Of a stretch of DNA of 32,000 nucleotides, positions 27,663-32,000 are shown piece after piece. Location of the stretch: assembly GCF_049243625.1 (NCBI RefSeq), contig NZ_CP046975.1; one strand, 5' to 3'. How positions within the stretch are numbered: position 1 is the stretch's first letter; every line of letters begins with the position of its first letter. The notes beneath the pieces were generated by a model. That model was not told the DNA's origin. It saw only the letters and a program-made list of their open reading frames with translations, and searched no databases. Both the position numbers and the translations under genes were made by a program. Origin of the DNA: Corynebacterium amycolatum (GTDB taxonomy: Bacteria > Actinomycetota > Actinomycetes > Mycobacteriales > Mycobacteriaceae).

Positions 27663-27793
27663 TCCTATTATTGCCCCCGATTAACACCCCCGGCAGCAAT
27701 TCAATGCCCGAGAACATCACATTCGGGACAGTCAAAACAACACAGCTCCACCGAAATCCACATTGTGGACCCCAAGCAAACAGTTAGCGATAT

Positions 27794-28093
27794 TTACGCC
27801 ACCGCACCGAGAGCTACCTGCAGCACCATTCGCAGAATCATAAGGATGAAGAACAAAACAAGCACAGACATGTCCACCATCACGTTGCCCATCGGCATAG
27901 GCGGGATGAGTCGGCGCAACAGCTTCACCGGCGGGTCGGTGATGACAAAAACAATTTCGCCAATCGACGAAAACACCCTGCCCGGTCGCCAGGATCGAGA
28001 AAATGACTGAATCATTTCAATCACGATGCGAGCCAACAGCAGATAGGTGAAAAGCTTCAGCAGGATTAGCAGAACTAGCAGTAGTGAAGACAC
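27794..28093 (-). CDS. yggT: YggT family membrane protein
   Basis: 99 aa with two hydrophobic segments. ARIVIEMIQSF...VITDPPVKLLRRLIPP matches the YggT signature. Its position between sepF and divIVA is conserved. GTG start. Confidence 0.85.
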   Translation of the reverse strand: MSSLLLVLLILLKLFTYLLLARIVIEMIQSFSRSWRPGRVFSSIGEIVFVITDPPVKLLRRLIPPMPMGNVMVDMSVLVLFFILMILRMVLQVALGAVA

Positions 28094-28156
28094 GAATAAA
28101 CAGTCTAGCTAATTAATCGAAATACGAAATACTAACAAGTCATGCGAGCCGGCTGA

Positions 28157-28678
28157 CTAGCCGGACATCCGGTCGAACTGCCCCTCGTTGACATCGCAGC
28201 CGTGCGGGTACAGGGTAAACACGGAGCCGTCAGCCTTGATCCGGCCGCGCAGACCGAAAACCAGTCCAGCAACGAAGTCGACGTAGCGCTTAGCCTCAGA
28301 TGGGTCGAGCTCACTCAGATCGAAGGTGACGATGTCACCGTCGCGGAAGTGTGAACCGATGTCCGGAGCCTTGGAGTACTTGTCCTGGAAACCACTTTCC
28401 GGCTTGATAAAGACCTGCTCTGGTTCCTTGGTCTCAGCAAGGGAGTGCAGGTTGCCGTAGCGGTAGTCCTCCTCACGGGAGTTCACACTTGCAGCCTCAC
28501 CTGGAGCCTCTTCGCGCAGCTCGTAGCGGTGGCGCTCCGCACGACGCGAGTCGGCATAGGAGTCATCAAAACGCTCCTCGTCACGGCGGTCAAACTCGTC
28601 GTAGTGCTCGTCGTAAGCCGCGTCATCAGTCGGGGTAAGACCGAAGAAATTTGAAACCCCACGGAAGAAATCAGCCAT
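28157..28678 (-). CDS. sepF: cell division protein SepF
   Basis: N-terminal amphipathic membrane-binding helix MADFFRGVSNFFGL, an acidic/basic disordered linker and a C-terminal SepF core (GDIVTFDLSELDPSEAKRYVDFVAGLVFGLRGRI). Confidence 0.9.
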   Translation of the reverse strand: MADFFRGVSNFFGLTPTDDAAYDEHYDEFDRRDEERFDDSYADSRRAERHRYELREEAPGEAASVNSREEDYRYGNLHSLAETKEPEQVFIKPESGFQDKYSKAPDIGSHFRDGDIVTFDLSELDPSEAKRYVDFVAGLVFGLRGRIKADGSVFTLYPHGCDVNEGQFDRMSG

Positions 28679-28800
28679 CTTCTGCTACGTCCTTCTTAGT
28701 GTGCGAATTTAAGTCTGTGCTACCCACAACCTACCGGCTGGGTCAGCAATATCGCATAGACACGCGCAAATTTGGCGAGCCAAAATTACAACTTTGAAAC

Positions 28801-29523
28801 TTAGTCCTGCTCAGGCAGGATCACGATGCCCGCCTGACGGCCAGTTTTTCCCTCCCGCCGGTAGGAAAAGTACTGCTCATTGTCAATAGTGCAGCTGGGC
28901 TCGACGTTGAGATGCCGCACGCCGAGGTCATAGAGCTGACGCAACAGGCCGGCGCGCACGTCGACACCGGCAGTCCCCTGCTTCGTTCGCGTCTTCGCTC
29001 CGGGCAAGTGCTTATCGACGTCATCGGCCATCGACTCAGGCACCTCGTAATTGTGCCCAGAAGCCGCCGCACCGAGAAGCGCATGGATATTCTCGGGCGT
29101 GGCACCGAGCTCAATCATCTTTTCGACAGATTTATGAACGATTCCGTTGCGGGCACCGGTCCGCCCCGCGTGTACCGCAGCGGCGACACCCGCATGATCG
29201 TCGGAAAGCAAGACGGGAACGCAATCGGCAACGAGCACTACCAGCGCGAGACCCGGCGTGGTCGTGACGATGGCGTCAGTAGCCGGGACAGGCTCAGTTT
29301 GTGGTTCGTTGACGACGGTGACCGTGTTGGTGTGAAGCTGCTCCATATAGACGAAGCGGGCGCGGTCGATTCCCAGAGAATCGGCCAAGCGCTGGCGGTT
29401 GCGTTCGACTGCGGACGGGTCATCGCCGACATGATCTCCAAGATTGAAAGAATCATATGGTGGCAGCGAAAACCCGCCGCGCCGATTCGTCAGAATTTTT
29501 CGGCTGCGGCGGGATTCAGTCAT
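28801..29523 (-). CDS. pgeF: YfiH/PgeF family (laccase-domain, DUF152) protein
   Basis: Motifs QLHTNTV, VLVADCVPVLL and AAVHAGRTG. The position directly downstream of ftsZ is conserved in Actinobacteria. Confidence 0.85.
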   Translation of the reverse strand: MTESRRSRKILTNRRGGFSLPPYDSFNLGDHVGDDPSAVERNRQRLADSLGIDRARFVYMEQLHTNTVTVVNEPQTEPVPATDAIVTTTPGLALVVLVADCVPVLLSDDHAGVAAAVHAGRTGARNGIVHKSVEKMIELGATPENIHALLGAAASGHNYEVPESMADDVDKHLPGAKTRTKQGTAGVDVRAGLLRQLYDLGVRHLNVEPSCTIDNEQYFSYRREGKTGRQAGIVILPEQD

Positions 29524-29529
29524 GATTTC

Positions 29530-30849
29530 TTAGAAGCCCCACTCCGGCAGGTCACTGGAGGCCTGGTAGCCACCACGACGATCATCGCGGTCATCGCGAT
29601 CCTTGTAACGGTGAGCACCACGGTAGTTGCGGTTTTCCTGCGTACGCGGTGTCGGGTTGTCGGTGAACAGACCACCGCTGTTCGGATTGGTGCGCGGGAC
29701 AAAGCGGTCGCGGTCCTCACGCTCGCGCGGCTGTGCGACCGGACGCTCTTCCTCCGCACGCGGAGCCGGAGTGCCGAGGTTGTCACCGCCCGGCAGTGCG
29801 CTGCCCTGGCGCGGCGCCTGCTCAGCGGCCGGACGCGCCTCGACATCCTGTGCAGCCGGTCGTGCAGCGGCACCTGCGGCTGGCTTGTCCAGCGGGTTGC
29901 CGTTACCCTGCTCAAAACCGGTAGCAATCACAGTGACACGAACTTCGTCACCGAGGTTGTCGTCGATGATGGTACCGAAGATGATGTTGGCATCCGGGTC
30001 AGCCTTTTCCTCCACGATGGACGCGGCGGCGTTGACCTCCATCAGACCGAGGTCGGAGCCACCGGCGACGGAAATAAGCACACCCTGTGCACCATCCATG
30101 GTGGACTCCAGCAGCGGGGAGTTAATGGCCTGAGTAGCGGCGTTCATCACACGGTCGTCGCCGCGTGCGGAACCAACGCCCATCAGAGCCGAGCCAGCCT
30201 CCGCCATTACCGAGCGGACGTCGGCGAAGTCGACGTTAATCATGCCCGGAATGGTAATCAGGTCAGTAATACCCTGGACACCGTTGTAAAGAATCTCGTC
30301 GGCAAAGCGGAACGCGTCCATCATGGACAGATCCTGCTCACCAATCTGCAGCAGACGCTGGTTCGGAATGGTGATAAGGGTGTCACAGACCTCCTTGAGG
30401 GTTTCAATACCCTCAGCGGCCTGGCGCGCACGGCGCTTGCCCTCGAAGTCGAACGGCTTGGTTACTACGCCGACGGTCAGCGCACCGGACTTCTTGGCAA
30501 TGCTCGCGACAACCGGAGCTGCACCGGTACCGGTTCCACCGCCCTCACCTGCGGTAACGAAGACCATATCGGCGCCCTTGAGGGTCTCTTCAATCTCATC
30601 CTTGTGATCTTCCGCAGAAGTGCGGCCAACCTCGGGGTTAGCGCCAGCTCCCAGACCACGAGTTGCCTCACGTCCGATGTCGAGCTTGACATCAGCGTCG
30701 GAGAACATCAGGGCCTGCGAGTCGGTGTTTACTGCGATAAATTCGACACCCTTCAGCCCCTCCTCGATCATGCGGTTGACAGCATTGACGCCACCGCCGC
30801 CGACACCGACGACTTTGATAACGGCGAGGTAGTTATTCGGGGAGGTCAT
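29530..30849 (-). CDS. ftsZ: cell division GTPase FtsZ
   Basis: [17 protein letters not shown] and the tubulin signature [14 protein letters not shown] chose ATG 30849 ([13 protein letters not shown]). The track ORF is extended upstream to 30966 only because no stop codon intervenes. Confidence 0.95.
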   Translation of the reverse strand: MTSPNNYLAVIKVVGVGGGGVNAVNRMIEEGLKGVEFIAVNTDSQALMFSDADVKLDIGREATRGLGAGANPEVGRTSAEDHKDEIEETLKGADMVFVTAGEGGGTGTGAAPVVASIAKKSGALTVGVVTKPFDFEGKRRARQAAEGIETLKEVCDTLITIPNQRLLQIGEQDLSMMDAFRFADEILYNGVQGITDLITIPGMINVDFADVRSVMAEAGSALMGVGSARGDDRVMNAATQAINSPLLESTMDGAQGVLISVAGGSDLGLMEVNAAASIVEEKADPDANIIFGTIIDDNLGDEVRVTVIATGFEQGNGNPLDKPAAGAAARPAAQDVEARPAAEQAPRQGSALPGGDNLGTPAPRAEEERPVAQPREREDRDRFVPRTNPNSGGLFTDNPTPRTQENRNYRGAHRYKDRDDRDDRRGGYQASSDLPEWGF

Positions 30850-31118
30850 TGCGCGTTTCTCGCCCTTTCCTATAGGTCCTAAATTAATTTCATCTAGCCA
30901 CGTTGCATATGGGCCGCACGACAGCATTGGCACCGCCGGGCAGTACAGCTCTCCATGACACCGCACGGAAGAAGTGCATCATGGCCGAAAAGCTGTTGAC
31001 CCCATTGTGGTCGAAAACTGCAAATAATTCAGCGACCTTTTAGCGCGTGTCGCTACCTTAAACCTGCACTTGAGGGATAGTGTTTAGCCACAGAAATCAC
31101 TCCAGACACCACCATTCT

Positions 31119-31895
31119 CTACTCTCCCTTAGCGGCGGGTAGTCGGGGGTTGGAGACATTCCAGATCTTCTCGCCACGGTTCAGCACAATTTCCGTCGCA
31201 CGGGCCTTTTCTGCCGCATTATCCGAGGACCCGAAGTACACCTCGTATCCATCGGTCAGAAATAGCTTGATTTCTGCCTCGGAAGGCGCGCTAATCCGCT
31301 CCACACGGTGTGCGACGGGCTCCGGCAACGCCTTGACGACGTTCAAAACCGCCTTGATAACGCGCGGTTCGGGGTCAACTTTGCCGTCTGTTGGCTCATC
31401 CACGCGTGGTGCATCGACAACCTCGATGACACCCGGAGGCGGGGCTGCCGTGACGAACTCCTGACCATTTGCAGAAAACAGGTGCTCTCCGTCAGTGGCA
31501 CGGACAAACACCACCGGGGTGAATTCCCGTACCGAAATAGTCACGCCCTGCGGCCACGAACGACTGACGGTCACGCTATCGACCCACGGCTGCCCCGCCA
31601 CGGAGCGCGCTGAGGCATCCGTGTCCAAGCGAATGAGCTTTTGATTCTCGGAGATACCACTGGCCTCGACAATCGCGTCTTTATCCCCGTGGACGACGCC
31701 TTCAACATCGATGTTCTTCACAACCAGCCACGGCGAAAACCACACCACCGCTGCAACGATGGCGATAATCGCGACCAGACCACCGCCGACGAGCCAGCCG
31801 CGTCGCGGGGCGCGCGCTGAACGCTGTCGCCGCGACACGGCTGTGCCCTGGTCTGCACCGTCGGTCTGCTGAGATTGCTTTCGGCTGGTTTTCAC
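31119..31895 (-). CDS. ftsQ: cell division protein FtsQ (POTRA domain)
   Basis: Basic N-terminus, a single TM segment (LVGGGLVAIIAIVAAVVWF) and POTRA-like VVKNIDVEGVVHGDKDAIVEASG. I prefer GTG 31895, which lies 4 nt after the murC stop with GGAG 10 nt upstream. The track start at 31958 is a TTG inside murC. Confidence 0.85.
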   Translation of the reverse strand: MKTSRKQSQQTDGADQGTAVSRRQRSARAPRRGWLVGGGLVAIIAIVAAVVWFSPWLVVKNIDVEGVVHGDKDAIVEASGISENQKLIRLDTDASARSVAGQPWVDSVTVSRSWPQGVTISVREFTPVVFVRATDGEHLFSANGQEFVTAAPPPGVIEVVDAPRVDEPTDGKVDPEPRVIKAVLNVVKALPEPVAHRVERISAPSEAEIKLFLTDGYEVYFGSSDNAAEKARATEIVLNRGEKIWNVSNPRLPAAKGE

Positions 31896-31899
31896 AGTG

Positions 31900-32000
31900 C
31901 TACGACTCCACCTGTTCGTCGTTGTCTCCGCTGAGCTCGCGCACGATTTCGTCGGCAAGCATCGTCACAGAGCCAGCGCCGATGGTCAAGATGACATCGT
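31900..32000 (-). CDS. murC: UDP-N-acetylmuramate--L-alanine ligase, 3' end (partial, continues beyond the window)
   Basis: The minus-strand frame reads DVILTIGAGSVTMLADEIVRELSGDNDEQVES, ending at a stop (TAG, 31902-31900). The GAG(D/S)VT segment is typical of Mur ligase C-termini, and the position upstream of ftsQ is conserved. Confidence 0.65.
   Translation of the reverse strand, partial: DVILTIGAGSVTMLADEIVRELSGDNDEQVES

Noticed and set aside
27672-27692. Two CCCCC runs on the plus strand (gcccccgattaacacccccg) reminiscent of 6C RNA loops
   Set aside because: The flanking stems are weak and the strand is antisense to the operon. I recall the 6C RNA being at a different locus in Actinobacteria. 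The runs are better explained as part of the yggT 3'UTR.
27765-28010. 81-aa plus-strand ORF antisense to yggT
   Set aside because: The minus-strand product has the YggT signature and conserved synteny. The plus-strand ORF is AT-rich in third positions and lacks translation signals.
28912-30882. 656-aa plus-strand ORF spanning yfiH, the intergenic gap and ftsZ in antisense
   Set aside because: It runs antisense across two conserved genes and their spacer. The ORF is open only because the GC-rich sequence lacks stop codons in that frame.
30850-31118. 269-bp ftsQ-ftsZ intergenic region with several TAnnnT hexamers (for example TAATTT) and a 6-bp AGCGAC/GTCGCT hairpin
   Set aside because: Multiple ftsZ promoters are expected here from work in C. 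glutamicum and mycobacteria. None of the hexamers is distinctive enough for me to assign a promoter from sequence alone.

Overview
High-GC actinobacterial core chromosome, most consistent with a Corynebacterium-type (Mycobacteriales) genome. Two conserved blocks are present. The first, mostly on the minus strand, is treZ, a 1237-aa orphan, ilvA, dnaE1, rarD, rluD, lspA, ansA, dinB and ileS, which resembles the M. tuberculosis Rv1536-Rv1547 neighbourhood. The second is the distal end of the dcw/division cluster: murC (3' end), ftsQ, ftsZ, yfiH/pgeF, sepF, yggT and divIVA. I support 22 complete or partial CDSs. One of them is a 54-aa gene that is too short for the supplied ORF track. I also call a T-box leader upstream of ileS, three hairpin terminators and a few candidate operator or promoter sites. 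I saw no rRNA, tRNA, CRISPR array, transposase, integrase or other mobile-element signature, so this looks like ordinary core genome rather than an accessory island. The points most worth a second look are: (1) the 1237-aa protein with no recognisable motif between treZ and ilvA; (2) the unannotated, strongly codon-biased 54-aa ORF divergent from dnaE1; (3) dinB lying 15 nt behind a T-box-controlled ileS, with a roughly 135-aa C-terminal extension after its clamp-binding motif that includes a UvrD/PcrA-CTD-like (Tudor-like) signature; (4) the missing yggS/ylmE gene between yfiH and sepF; (5) a non-canonical FtsZ C-terminal peptide; (6) small AT-rich palindromic sites in the dnaE1 and divIVA upstream regions. 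All functional calls come from reading motifs in the translations by eye. No database search was run.
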